Source: Acidobacteriota bacterium
GTDB lineage: Bacteria; Acidobacteriota; UBA6911; JACQSX01
DNA length: 64,000 bases
NCBI GenBank assembly: GCA_036505615.1
Contig: DASXTB010000409.1
Coordinates: 4,540 to 68,539, forward strand
Direction of reading: 5' to 3'
Shown here: one piece after another, positions 37,918 through 47,552 of the stretch
Position numbering within the stretch: the stretch's first letter is position 1
Layout: every line of letters begins with the position of its first letter
Notes under the pieces: model-generated
Database searches by the model: none
Told to the model about the DNA's origin: nothing
Seen by the model: only the letters and a program-made list of their open reading frames with translations
Made by a program: the position numbers and the translations under genes

Positions 37918-39642
37918 TCACACTTCCTGCGTTACTCTTAACACTTCCGAAACCGTGGTCAGTCCCGCTCGCACTTTGTTCCAGCCGTCCTCGCGCAATC
38001 CCAGCATTCCATTTTGAACCGCCAGCTTGCGCAGCGTGTTGCTGTCGGCATCGGTGATGGTCAGATGGCGAATGTCATCATCCATCAGCATCAGTTCGAA
38101 AATGCCGATGCGTCCCATATAACCGGTCCCGGCGCACTCCTTGCAACCGCCGCCCTGATGCGTGATGTTAGACTCGCCGTTTCGGTTCATCCCGATTTCC
38201 TTCAGGAATGCGGGGTCATTTTCCACTTTAACCTTGCAATGACTGCAAATCACCCGCACCAGCCGCTGGGCCAGAATCCCCAGAATGGATGAAGCCAGCA
38301 AGTAATCCTCCGCGCCCATATCTACCAGCCGCGCGATGGCGCTGGGCGCGTCGTTAGTGTGCAGTGTGCTAAAAACCAGATGGCCCGTCAGCGCCGCCCG
38401 GATGGCAATCTCGGCCGTTTCCAGATCGCGGATCTCTCCCACCATAATCACGTCCGGATCCTGACGGACGATAGACCGCAGGCCCGCCGCAAATGTCAGG
38501 CCAATCTGCGGATTCACATGAATCTGATTGATCCCGTTGATCTGGTATTCGATGGGGTCTTCGATGGTGATGATCTTCTTGTCCGGCAGATTTATCTTGG
38601 TGAGCGCGCCATAGAGAGTAGTGGTCTTTCCCGATCCGGTAGGCCCGGTCACCAGAATAATCCCGTGCGGCCGCGTGATCAGGCCCTCAAACATGGCGAA
38701 GGTATCGGTGGCGAATCCGAGCTTATTGAGATCATAGATCTGCGTGTTGCTCTTATCCAGGATGCGCATCACTACGCTTTCGCCGTACAAGGTGGGGAGC
38801 GTGGAGACTCGAAGATCGATTTCGCGTCCCATCACTTTCATTTTGATACGCCCGTCCTGAGGCATACGGCGCTCGGCGATGTTTAATTTCGCCATGATCT
38901 TGATGCGCGAAATTACCGCCGATTTGAGCTTCTTGGGAGGCGATTCCACGTCGTGCAGAATGCCATCGATGCGATAACGCACCTTCAGGTCTTTCTCGAA
39001 AGGCTCGATGTGGATGTCGCTGGCTCGGCTCTCAATGGCTTTGCTGATCAGCAGGTTGACCAGGCGAATGACGGGAGCTTCGGACGCAAGATCCTTAAGG
39101 TGCTCGATGTCGTCGATCTCTTCGGCCAGCGCCTCCATGTCGCCTTCTTCGAATCCTTCCACGATGCGGCCAAGCGTGGTGCTCTGATTGCCGTAGAATT
39201 TTTCGATCAGGTCCTGAACTTCGGTATCGGTAGCCAACGTCACCTGGAGCTTCTGGTGGCCGGTGTACAAGCGGATCGAGTCCAGCGTAGCATAGTCAAG
39301 TGGATCGTTCATGGCCACCACCAGCGTGCCGTCCTCGAGCAGATTGATGGGGACAAACTTATTTTGGCGCATGAACTTGGTGCTGAACGTGTTTTCCAAA
39401 ATGGGCACTTTGGGCCAGTCTTCTTCCCTCATCACGGGGACGCCGAGATAGGGGCCGAGCGCCTGGATCAGGTCCTTGTCGGATAATGCGCCCAAATCGA
39501 CCAGGATCTTGCCGATCTTGTCGTGCGATGTCTTTTGCACGTTCAGAGCGGTTTTCACCTCGTCTTCCGACACCAAGCCCCGATCCATCAGTTCCTGGCC
39601 GAATAATTTTCTTTGTCTCAGTTCAGCGATTCGGATTGCCAT
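37918..39642 (-). CDS. gspE: Type II secretion / type IV pilus assembly ATPase GspE/PilB
   Basis: 574 aa. Walker A (GPTGSGKTTTLY), Asp/His boxes, and a C-terminal tetracysteine (CSHC...CKEC). Confidence 0.9.
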   Translation of the reverse strand: MAIRIAELRQRKLFGQELMDRGLVSEDEVKTALNVQKTSHDKIGKILVDLGALSDKDLIQALGPYLGVPVMREEDWPKVPILENTFSTKFMRQNKFVPINLLEDGTLVVAMNDPLDYATLDSIRLYTGHQKLQVTLATDTEVQDLIEKFYGNQSTTLGRIVEGFEEGDMEALAEEIDDIEHLKDLASEAPVIRLVNLLISKAIESRASDIHIEPFEKDLKVRYRIDGILHDVESPPKKLKSAVISRIKIMAKLNIAERRMPQDGRIKMKVMGREIDLRVSTLPTLYGESVVMRILDKSNTQIYDLNKLGFATDTFAMFEGLITRPHGIILVTGPTGSGKTTTLYGALTKINLPDKKIITIEDPIEYQINGINQIHVNPQIGLTFAAGLRSIVRQDPDVIMVGEIRDLETAEIAIRAALTGHLVFSTLHTNDAPSAIARLVDMGAEDYLLASSILGILAQRLVRVICSHCKVKVENDPAFLKEIGMNRNGESNITHQGGGCKECAGTGYMGRIGIFELMLMDDDIRHLTITDADSNTLRKLAVQNGMLGLREDGWNKVRAGLTTVSEVLRVTQEV

Positions 39643-39730
39643 ACATCTATTGGAACAGATTCATTAGTGCCCTGCACTCTCCAGGCTCTTGGCGGCTGAT
39701 CGCTCCGCTCTTGCCGCAGCTCCTGGGCGC

Positions 39731-40285
39731 TTAATACTCAATCACTTCTACCTTGTCTCGGAATTGTCGGAAGTCGATCTTGCGAACGCTGTAGTCGGAC
39801 AGCGTCTTTTTGGTGACGCGAAAGACCAGCACGGCCTCACGCTGGCTGGGAACGAGCGCAGTCCGGTCTTCAAGATGAGCTGAAACGGCGAAGCTTTCCT
39901 CGCTGCTCAACTGCGTCAGAGCGTTGCCAAATTCTCCCAGTAATTTCAAAATCATATCCCGCACCAGGCGCATTTTCTCGGCGCGGGTGCGCGTGCTGGG
40001 AGACAGCCGCTTTATGCCGAAGGGGGTGATTATTTCATCGCGGTTGATGTTGAGCAGGAAACTGAAATTTACGCCGTAGCCGGGGAGATAGGATCCTTTC
40101 GGCTCATTGACCAGCGCTAGCGGGTGGTTAAACTCACTTTTCAGAGCCGTCTGCAGAATGTTCTCGAACATCTGAATTTCATTCCGCATCTGGCGATAAT
40201 CGATCGAATTCCGGGCAAGCAGCGAAGCAGGAAGGCACAGTGCTAATCCAAAAAGGGCAGTGCATGTTAGAAATTTTCTTTGCAT
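39731..40285 (-). CDS. Hypothetical secreted protein
   Basis: Start at MQRKFLTCTALFGLALCLPASLLA (signal peptide). No recognisable domain. Confidence 0.4.
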   Translation of the reverse strand: MQRKFLTCTALFGLALCLPASLLARNSIDYRQMRNEIQMFENILQTALKSEFNHPLALVNEPKGSYLPGYGVNFSFLLNINRDEIITPFGIKRLSPSTRTRAEKMRLVRDMILKLLGEFGNALTQLSSEESFAVSAHLEDRTALVPSQREAVLVFRVTKKTLSDYSVRKIDFRQFRDKVEVIEY

Positions 40286-40363
40286 AGCTTCCTGACTATC
40301 CTGTCCGCTCTCATCATAAACGGCCCAAGCTTCCAAAAAAATTGAAGCTCGCAGGGCAATTAT

Positions 40364-41002
40364 CTACTGTGTAGTTCGCCGAAACTGCTCCCAGCGATCC
40401 TGGTTCTGTTTTTGAAGAGCCTGAAATCCGGTCTGCAGCTCGTTGTGCTCGTAGGTGTCTTTAACCTTGAGATCCTCCCACACCTGGTAGAGCGCGGTGC
40501 TGAACTGCTTATTCTGTCGCTGCTCGCTTGCCGCGATCATTCGATCTACCGCCTCCAAAAGCTCCTGCTGGCTCAGATTAGAATTGGAACCGGCAGTCGC
40601 ACCGCTCTTCCATAGGCGGGCTTGCACTGTAACACCGTGGTCGTTCCAAGTGACTGCGCTCTGCGTTACCGTCAGAGCGGCGATCAGAATCAGGGCAGCA
40701 ATGAGCGCCCCCCGAAATCCGGGCAAGACTGGTCGCAGCCAGCCGATCGAGGGGATCGAGCGCTGCAAGCGCAACGCCCAGCTTCGTTTTGCCTGTGCCT
40801 CCGGCCGAACGCGGAGAATCCAGGTGGGTTCTTCATCGGTCCACTCCTGCAGAAAGGCTCTCGACTCGAGCAGTTCTGTGTACTGTTCATGGCAGAACGG
40901 ACAATTGTCCACGTGGTCCAGCAGTTCCAGCTTTCGGCGCGGCCGGATTCCTTCTTCGTAAACCAGCTCCAGTAACTGTTCCTTACACTCTTGGCATTGC
41001 AT
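40364..41002 (-). CDS. Zinc-finger (zf-HC2-like) anti-sigma factor with TM and periplasmic domain
   Basis: N-terminus CQECKEQ...HVDNCPFCHEQ. TM segment (ALIAALILIAALTV). Lies directly downstream of the ECF sigma gene. Confidence 0.6.
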   Translation of the reverse strand: MQCQECKEQLLELVYEEGIRPRRKLELLDHVDNCPFCHEQYTELLESRAFLQEWTDEEPTWILRVRPEAQAKRSWALRLQRSIPSIGWLRPVLPGFRGALIAALILIAALTVTQSAVTWNDHGVTVQARLWKSGATAGSNSNLSQQELLEAVDRMIAASEQRQNKQFSTALYQVWEDLKVKDTYEHNELQTGFQALQKQNQDRWEQFRRTTQ

Positions 41003-41012
41003 GGACCAACTC

Positions 41013-41600
41013 CTATGTCTGAGTAAACTCTCTTTGGACCAAAAGGCGTCTCAGCGTCTTCAGGCCGAGATACATGCGCGACTTGACAGTGCTCAAGGGA
41101 ATGTCGAGGATCTCGGCGATTTGATGAAATTTGAGGTTTTCATATTCCTTCATGACGATCACCAAGCGCTGTTCTTCGGGGATCAACTGGATTACGTCGC
41201 GCAGACGATCTACGCTCTCTTTCCTGCGCAGGCTCTCTTCGGGATTGTCTTCCTCCTCGGTCATCACTCGACGAAGTTCGCTTTCCTGGGATTCGGAGGA
41301 GTGGTAAATCTCAAGCGGTATTTTTTGTTTCCCCTTGGCACGACGAAAAGTCATGCGGCATTCGTTTAGCGCGATCTTGTACAGCCACGACGAAAACCTG
41401 CCCGGGTCATCCAGTTCCCTGACCTTCACAAACGCCTTGGCAAAAGTATTTTGCGTTAAGTCCCTCGCTTCCTCGTAATCTCCTATGTTCCGGTAAATGA
41501 AGTTGAAGATCCGTTTTTGCCAGCGCTCGATGAGAATGTTGAACTGGCTCAGGTCCCCGTCTAAGTACTTGCGAACCAAGTACTCATCGCTGAACTCCAT
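41013..41600 (-). CDS. ECF (sigma-24 family) RNA polymerase sigma factor
   Basis: 195 aa. Region 2 (FNFIYRNIGDYEEARDLTQNTFAKAF) and region 4 (EQRLVIVMKEYENLKFHQIAEILDIPLSTVKSR). Confidence 0.85.
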   Translation of the reverse strand: MEFSDEYLVRKYLDGDLSQFNILIERWQKRIFNFIYRNIGDYEEARDLTQNTFAKAFVKVRELDDPGRFSSWLYKIALNECRMTFRRAKGKQKIPLEIYHSSESQESELRRVMTEEEDNPEESLRRKESVDRLRDVIQLIPEEQRLVIVMKEYENLKFHQIAEILDIPLSTVKSRMYLGLKTLRRLLVQREFTQT

Positions 41601-41821
41601 CCGGTCTCCCCAACAGACTTTACGATGCGATTTCGCAAAGAAAGTCTAAAGTTTCAATTGGTTACGCCTCTGTGGCGATTAATCCAAAGAGATCAATTAC
41701 TTACGCTATTATCGCAAAGAGTGGCCGGGATTGGAAGCTGCATCCGCCTCGGCGGGCCGGGCGGCAACCTAAAGCTCAGGGACACGGGAACAGGGAGACA
41801 CGGGGACCTCGGACGGCTGGC

Positions 41822-42012
41822 GCCTCCGCCGGGCTTGTCCCGGCGGAGCGCAAGATTCTCGCAACTTGCGGCGAACGGGAACATTACTACCCGCAAAAGG
41901 TAGTGAACAATCTTGGCTCCACCGGCACAAGGCCGGTGGAGGCCATGAGTGTTTGATCGATCCGGCTCTAGTAAAAAATCTTTGCTCCGCCGGGACAAGC
42001 CCGGCGGAGCCG
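41822..42012. repeat. Cluster of GC-rich hairpins with a conserved ACAAG/CTTGT pentaloop
   Basis: ccgccgggCTTGTcccggcgg (41826-41846), ccaccggcACAAGgccggtgg (~41918-41938) and ccgccgggACAAGcccggcgg (41988-42008). The first and third are exact reverse complements. Confidence 0.6.
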
Positions 42013-42119
42013 ATTTGGTTGCTTATGGATTTGGGCATCATGCGAATGGCCAGCCGGGATTCATCAGGGCTGACCAAAACTTCACCGATTTGTGAGATGA
42101 GGACGAGGCGTTTTGAGCT

Positions 42120-42752
42120 TCACTGGCCACTTTTCTTTTTGGGGGTTGTTTGGCGACTCCTTAGCTGCGGTTTTAGAAACTTTTCATAACACTCCGGACA
42201 GATGCCGTGGCTGAACTCTGCATCCGAGTGTTTTGTAATGTAGTTTTCCACCTGATCCCAGTAGTTTTCATCATTCCTTATTTTCTTGCAGTAGGAACAC
42301 ATGGGTAAAAGGCCGCGAAGCTGTTTTACGTGGGATAGAGCCGCTTCCAGTTCCGTCACGCGCTCGGCCAGCTTGTTCTGCAGATCAGTCACGCGCGCTC
42401 CTACTTGAAGACGCGCTTCCAGTTCCGCCGGGTCAAAGGGCTTAGTAATGTAGTCGTCTGCTCCCGCCTGAAGGCCTTCTACAACATGCTCCCGTCCTTT
42501 TACGGTGAGAAGAATAATGTAGATGACCTTCAGCCCGGTAGCGTTGCGGACTCTTCTGCAGACCTCGACACCATCCATTCCCGGCATCATCCAGTCCAGG
42601 ATGGCAAGCGATGGAGCATTTGTGTCTTGCAGCACCCGCCAGGCCTCCAAACCGTCGCCCGCAGTCACCACCTCATACCCTTTTGAGGCCAGCGTAGCTT
42701 CCAGGAGACGTCGCGATACGGGTTCATCGTCGGCTACTAAAACCTTCATCAC
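42120..42752 (-). CDS. Response regulator with a C-terminal CxxC...CxxC putative zinc-ribbon domain
   Basis: Receiver (VLVADDEP ... LDWMMPGMDG ... YITKPF). C-terminal PMCSYCKKIRNDENYWDQVENYITKHSDAEFSHGICPECYEK. Confidence 0.8.
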   Translation of the reverse strand: MMKVLVADDEPVSRRLLEATLASKGYEVVTAGDGLEAWRVLQDTNAPSLAILDWMMPGMDGVEVCRRVRNATGLKVIYIILLTVKGREHVVEGLQAGADDYITKPFDPAELEARLQVGARVTDLQNKLAERVTELEAALSHVKQLRGLLPMCSYCKKIRNDENYWDQVENYITKHSDAEFSHGICPECYEKFLKPQLRSRQTTPKKKSGQ

Positions 42753-43123
42753 TCCGCACTCCCGCCATCAGACGGCAGACCTGCCTTCGACCGGCGTCGC
42801 GAAGAGAGGCGTTGCCGGACGCGCTCAAATTCATTCTCGAGTTTGGACAGAAGGACCTCGCTCCCTTCCAACGAACCTGCGGAGCAAGCGCTTTCAAACA
42901 TGGTGCAAAGCTCGATAAGGCAGTCAGCTTCCACAAACGAATTTCCGCCGGCTACGCTGCTTGCGACCCGATCAAGTGTTGCGCTGGCGCCTCTCAGGTT
43001 GTGCGCAAGACGCCTGATCTCCTCGGCATCGCCTCCTTGTACGGCGGCTCGAAGTTCTAGAAGACGAGCGGGCGCCGTATCGAGGAAACAATCAATTAGC
43101 TCATCCAAAATTTCTTCCATTGA
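42749..43123 (-). CDS. Hpt (histidine phosphotransfer) domain protein
   Basis: Hpt signature RRLAHNLRGASATL. Start at MEEILDELIDCFLD. ATGA overlap with the downstream response-regulator gene. Confidence 0.6.
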   Translation of the reverse strand, partial: SMEEILDELIDCFLDTAPARLLELRAAVQGGDAEEIRRLAHNLRGASATLDRVASSVAGGNSFVEADCLIELCTMFESACSAGSLEGSEVLLSKLENEFERVRQRLSSRRRSKAGLPSDGGSAE

Positions 43124-43298
43124 GTCATCCGTCCGGATCCTGACCGCAATAATTGTCGCAAAATTTAGGGCGGCGCAGTTAGGTCTTTTATGAGGTAGGC
43201 GTACCAGTTGCAGCAACAAGAAGCCTAAGCCATTCGGAATACGCCTCTTTGGCCGGCACGGTGCGTGTTATGCTGTCTACAATCAAGGTTGCGCCATC

Positions 43299-43847
43299 AT
43301 GGCTAAGAAAATTGTCCCGTTTACCTACGACGATTACGCCTCGCTGCCCCAGGACCGATTCATCCACCAGATCATCGACGGCGAGCATTTCATGAACCCT
43401 TCCCCGATTCCCTACCACCAGGATATCTCCCGCAACCTTCAGAGAATTCTTGTGGAGTTTGTGGAAAGGAACGATCTGGGTAAGATCTATGACGCGCCTA
43501 TAGATGTGGTGTTATCAGACACCAACGTCGTGGTTCCAGATCTGATTTTCATTTCCCGGGCGCGCACTTCGATCATCCTGGAAAAATATATCGCGGGCCC
43601 GCCCGACCTGGTAGTTGAGATTCTTTCGCCTGGTACACGCAAGCTCGACTTGGATTTGAAACTGAAACTGTACGCGCGCTTTCGGGTTCCGGAGTACTGG
43701 ATAATCGATCCTAAACAGAAAACGGTCCGACTCTATCGTCTCGGCAAAGCAGCTCAGGAAGAGAAGTTGTTCCATGAAGACGAAGTACTGACCAGCCCCA
43801 GCTTGCCGGGCCTGCGCATCCCCCTGGCCGAAGTGTTCAGAAGCTGA
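43299..43847 (+). CDS. Uma2-family (DUF820) putative restriction-type endonuclease
   Basis: 182 aa. IDGEH...NPSP...HQ, PDLVVEILSPGTRKLDLDLKLKLYARFRVPEYWIIDP. Confidence 0.8.
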   Translation: MAKKIVPFTYDDYASLPQDRFIHQIIDGEHFMNPSPIPYHQDISRNLQRILVEFVERNDLGKIYDAPIDVVLSDTNVVVPDLIFISRARTSIILEKYIAGPPDLVVEILSPGTRKLDLDLKLKLYARFRVPEYWIIDPKQKTVRLYRLGKAAQEEKLFHEDEVLTSPSLPGLRIPLAEVFRS

Positions 43848-43864
43848 TCCAGATTATTTTCAAA

Positions 43865-44899
43865 TCAGGAGACAGTGCCCACCTCAATGCGGTTTCTTCC
43901 TCCCTCCTTTGCTCGATACAGCGCCATGTCTGCAGTGTGGATGAGTTTGTCGGCCTCAGTTTCAACGGCAATCGACGTCAATCCCAGGCTGATGGTGGCC
44001 GAGATTCTCCGGTCCGACGTTTCGATCTGGTCGCCGGCCACCCGCGTTCGGGCGCGCTCGGCAATGTTCAGGCCCGTCTCCGGATTGCAGTTGCCAAGCA
44101 CCAACAGGAATTCCTCGCCGCCGTAGCGGCCAATGGCGTCGTAAGGACGGACGCTGGAGCGCATCCGCTTGACAACCTCGACGAGAACGGCGTCGCCCGC
44201 CATGTGGCCATAGGTGTCGTTAATCTTCTTGAAGTGATCTACATCGGCCATGATCACGCTTACCGGTCCTTCGTTCCGCTGCACGCGGGCCAGTTCGCGA
44301 TGAAGCACGTCCATTATCGCGGACCGGTTCCAGAGGCGGGTCAGCGAATCGATCATCGCCTTGCGCCGAAGATCATCGCATTCGGAAATCAAAGCGATTT
44401 GCGCCTTGCTGAGCGCCGTCACCTTCAGCTCATTCTCAGCCCATGCGGCCAGGTCGCGCAGCTTCTCCAGGTCGGCGCCGCTCATCTGTCTCGGTCTCCG
44501 GTCCATGATACAAAACGTTCCCAGCTTGCTGCTGTCGGCTGCTCTCAGCGGGTGACCCGCGTAAAACCGCACGTACGGCTCTCCAGTTACCAGCGGGCTG
44601 TCGTTAAAGCGAGGGTCCAGCAGAGTATCGGGCACCAGCATGGTGTCATCCATCAGAATGGCATGTGCGCAAAACGAGATGGTTCGTGCCGTCTCAGAGA
44701 CCGGCATTCCCTGCGACGATTTGAACCACTGGCATTGCGCATCAACCAGGGAGATAAGGGCTATGGGAACATCCAGTAACTGGCGGGCGAGCCTTGTGAT
44801 CCGATCGAAGCGTTCCTCGGCAGGTGTGTAGAGAACCCACAGTCCCTGAAGTGCGCTGAGGCGCGTGGGCTCGTCGGGCGGCAATGGTGCTGGAATCAT
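43865..44899 (-). CDS. GAF-domain diguanylate cyclase (GGDEF)
   Basis: 344 aa. N-terminal GAF. RYGGEEFLLVL (GGEEF). C-terminal LYRAKEGGRNR. Confidence 0.85.
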   Translation of the reverse strand: MIPAPLPPDEPTRLSALQGLWVLYTPAEERFDRITRLARQLLDVPIALISLVDAQCQWFKSSQGMPVSETARTISFCAHAILMDDTMLVPDTLLDPRFNDSPLVTGEPYVRFYAGHPLRAADSSKLGTFCIMDRRPRQMSGADLEKLRDLAAWAENELKVTALSKAQIALISECDDLRRKAMIDSLTRLWNRSAIMDVLHRELARVQRNEGPVSVIMADVDHFKKINDTYGHMAGDAVLVEVVKRMRSSVRPYDAIGRYGGEEFLLVLGNCNPETGLNIAERARTRVAGDQIETSDRRISATISLGLTSIAVETEADKLIHTADMALYRAKEGGRNRIEVGTVS

Positions 44900-45047
44900 T
44901 TATGACACTCCTGATAGTTCCTTTCTACAAATGGGACGCATGCCGTGCGCCCCTACCAATATAGAAGGCAGAATTTTCATCGATCATACGACGACAATTC
45001 GCCCATAGTCATTTGAAATTCGCCATTGGAAACCCGGAATTGGCGAC

Positions 45048-45947
45048 TCATCTGGCCTTGGGGTGCGCCTTGCGGTAGACGGTCTGAAGCTGCTCGATGG
45101 AAACATGCGTGTACTTCTGCGTGGTGGACAAACTGGCATGGCCAAGCAGTTCCTGAATCATGCGCAAATCGGCGCCCGCGTTCAGGAGATGGGTGGCTGC
45201 CGAGTGGCGCAGCGTATGCGGCGAGATTTTTAACTTCAGCGCCGCCTCTCTGACGTATTTCTTTATCAGGCGCCCCACCGAGCGGGAGGTCAAGCGTGTT
45301 CCGTTCTTGTTTACAAACAGCGCTTCCGGCTGCAGACGGCCTCGGGCGATCTGTTCCCGTACCTGGAGATAGTCTCGAATCCTAGCCTCAGCTTTGGTGC
45401 CGAATGGAATGATTCGCTCTTTGCGTCCCTTTCCCAGAACGCGCACAAAGCGCTGGCTGAGATCAACGTCATCCCGGTCCAGAGCCGTCAGCTCTGATAC
45501 TCGCATTCCTGTAGCGTAGAGCAGCTCGAGAATGGCGCGATCTCTCACTGCCAGTGGAGAATCTCCTCGAGGAGCCGTCACCAGGCCGGCCGCTTCGTCG
45601 ACGTGGAGAACACGGGGAATCCGCTTCTCTTTGCGGGGCGTGGCGACGAGTTTGGCCGGATTCGACTCAATAAAGCGTTCCCGGTGCAAGAACTTGAAGA
45701 ACGAGCGAAGCGTCGCAATCTTCCGTCCCGCGGTTGACGGTTTGCGTTCCCTGGAATGAAGCGATGACAGAAAATCCCGAATCGCAATATGGTCCACTCT
45801 TGACGGCTCGATCTCCTTCACGCTCCATTGGGCGCAAAGGAAATCGTGAAATTGCGCCAGATCGCTTCTGTAGGCGCGCAGCGTCTGCGGCGAATACCCT
45901 TTCTCGCTCTCCAGGTATTTCAAGAACAGGCGGGTTAGGGCTTTCAT
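45048..45947 (-). CDS. Tyrosine site-specific recombinase XerC/XerD
   Basis: 299 aa. R...HTLRHSAATHLLNAGADLRMIQELLGHASLSTTQKYTHV (catalytic Tyr). Confidence 0.85.
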   Translation of the reverse strand: MKALTRLFLKYLESEKGYSPQTLRAYRSDLAQFHDFLCAQWSVKEIEPSRVDHIAIRDFLSSLHSRERKPSTAGRKIATLRSFFKFLHRERFIESNPAKLVATPRKEKRIPRVLHVDEAAGLVTAPRGDSPLAVRDRAILELLYATGMRVSELTALDRDDVDLSQRFVRVLGKGRKERIIPFGTKAEARIRDYLQVREQIARGRLQPEALFVNKNGTRLTSRSVGRLIKKYVREAALKLKISPHTLRHSAATHLLNAGADLRMIQELLGHASLSTTQKYTHVSIEQLQTVYRKAHPKAR

Positions 45948-45960
45948 CTTAAGTTAGGTC

Positions 45961-46150
45961 GCAAGTCGCAGGTCGCAGGTCGAATCCTCAAGTCGCAGGT
46001 CGCAGGTCGCACGTCGAAATCCTCAAGTCGCAGGTCGCAAGTCGCAGGTCGCAGGTCGAAAGCGAAAACCCAGACTTTTAAAGTTCCTCTTAAAAATGAA
46101 AAAGGGGTCATGGACTCGGAACCTGCGACGTGCGACCTGCGACTTGTAAC
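45961..46150. repeat. GTCGCAG heptamer arrays in inverted orientation
   Basis: (gtcgcaggtcgcaag)n at 45961-46060; cctgcgacgtgcgacctgcgac at 46120-46145. Overlaps the last ~13 codons of trmFO. Confidence 0.65.
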
Positions 46151-47547
46151 CTTTGTTTACAGAATTCTTCCATCGCCTGGCGCGCCAGCGCAATTTGACC
46201 AGCCCGGCGCACTTCTTTTTTCCCCCGCATTTCGACAGGCGGCAGCAACCCAAAGTTTATGTTCATCGGCTGAAAGCTCGCCGAATCTGCCTGGGTGATG
46301 TAATGCAGAAGGCTCCCAATTGCGGTCTCTCGAGGAAACTCGAGCGGGTTGCCTCCTGAAGCCACTCGCATGGCATTCCATCCGGCAACCAGTCCGGTGG
46401 CCATTGATTCGACATACCCCTCCACTCCGCAGATCTGGCCCGCGAAATAGATCTCCGGCCGAAACTTCAACTGAAGCGCCCGGTTTAGCAGCCGGGGAGC
46501 GTTAATAAACGTGTTTCGATGAATCTGGCCCAGCCGGATAAATTCGGCGCGCTCCAGGCCCGGGATCAGCCGGAAGACTCGCTGCTGTTCCCCGTAGCGA
46601 AGGTGATTTTGAAAACCTACCATGTTATACGCGTCGGCCACCAGGTTTTCCTGGCGCAGTTGTACCACTGCATATGGCTGCAGGCCAGTTCGAGGGTCGC
46701 GCAGGCCAACAGGCTTCATAGGGCCAAATCGGAGTGTGTCAAGCCCGCGGCGGGCCAGCTCCTCGATTGGAAGACAGGCCTCAAAGAACATCGCCTTTTC
46801 GAATTCCTTAACAGCGACCGACTCCGCATGCAGAAGAGCGTCGTAGAAGCGCTCGTACTGATCGCGTGCCATCGGGCAATTCACATAATCGCCGTCAGCG
46901 TGCTGTTGGACTTCCGCTTGTTTACAGGCAGCGTGCTGCGTTTCAGTGGAATGACCGGTTTCCTGTGGAGACTCAGCCCGCCGCTTCTCTTCCAAAATTC
47001 GATGATCGTATCGCGAGCGCCGAAAAACCTTGTCCCAATCAATCGAGTCGGATTCCACGATGGGACTGATGGCATCGTAAAAATAGAGCGCCGCTTCACC
47101 GGTCATCTCCTTAATGAAGCGCGAAAGTCCCGGTGAGGTGAGCGGCCCGGTGGCGATGATGGCAATTTGGCCCGCGGGAATCTCGACCACTTCGGACCTT
47201 TCTACGCGGATTGAGGGATGGTTTTGCAGGGTCTGTGAAATCGTCTGGCTGAACTTTTCCCGATCCACGGCAAGAGCCGCTCCGGCCGGAACTTTGACCC
47301 GGTCGGCAATGGAGATTAGCAGAGAGCCGCACCGCCGCAGTTCCCATTTCAGCTGGTGTGGCGCGCTCCCCTCGAGGTCGGACTTGAACGAATTGCTGCA
47401 CACCAGCTCGCCCAGCCAGTCGGTTTGATGAGCCGCGGTCTTGACCGCAGGCCGCATTTCAAACAGGCAAACCTTGCCGCCCTGCTGCGCAATCTGCCAC
47501 GCAGCCTCTGACCCTGCCAGTCCACCACCGATGACCCAGATCTCCAT
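46108..47547 (-). CDS. trmFO: Methylenetetrahydrofolate--tRNA-(uracil54-C5)-methyltransferase TrmFO (Gid)
   Basis: Start at MEIWVIGGGLAGSEAAW (FAD GxGxxG). FAGQICGVEGYVESMATGLVAG. C-terminal ~13 aa are repeat-encoded. Confidence 0.85.
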   Translation of the reverse strand: MEIWVIGGGLAGSEAAWQIAQQGGKVCLFEMRPAVKTAAHQTDWLGELVCSNSFKSDLEGSAPHQLKWELRRCGSLLISIADRVKVPAGAALAVDREKFSQTISQTLQNHPSIRVERSEVVEIPAGQIAIIATGPLTSPGLSRFIKEMTGEAALYFYDAISPIVESDSIDWDKVFRRSRYDHRILEEKRRAESPQETGHSTETQHAACKQAEVQQHADGDYVNCPMARDQYERFYDALLHAESVAVKEFEKAMFFEACLPIEELARRGLDTLRFGPMKPVGLRDPRTGLQPYAVVQLRQENLVADAYNMVGFQNHLRYGEQQRVFRLIPGLERAEFIRLGQIHRNTFINAPRLLNRALQLKFRPEIYFAGQICGVEGYVESMATGLVAGWNAMRVASGGNPLEFPRETAIGSLLHYITQADSASFQPMNINFGLLPPVEMRGKKEVRRAGQIALARQAMEEFCKQRLQVAGRTSQVPSP

Positions 47548-47552
47548 GGTAT

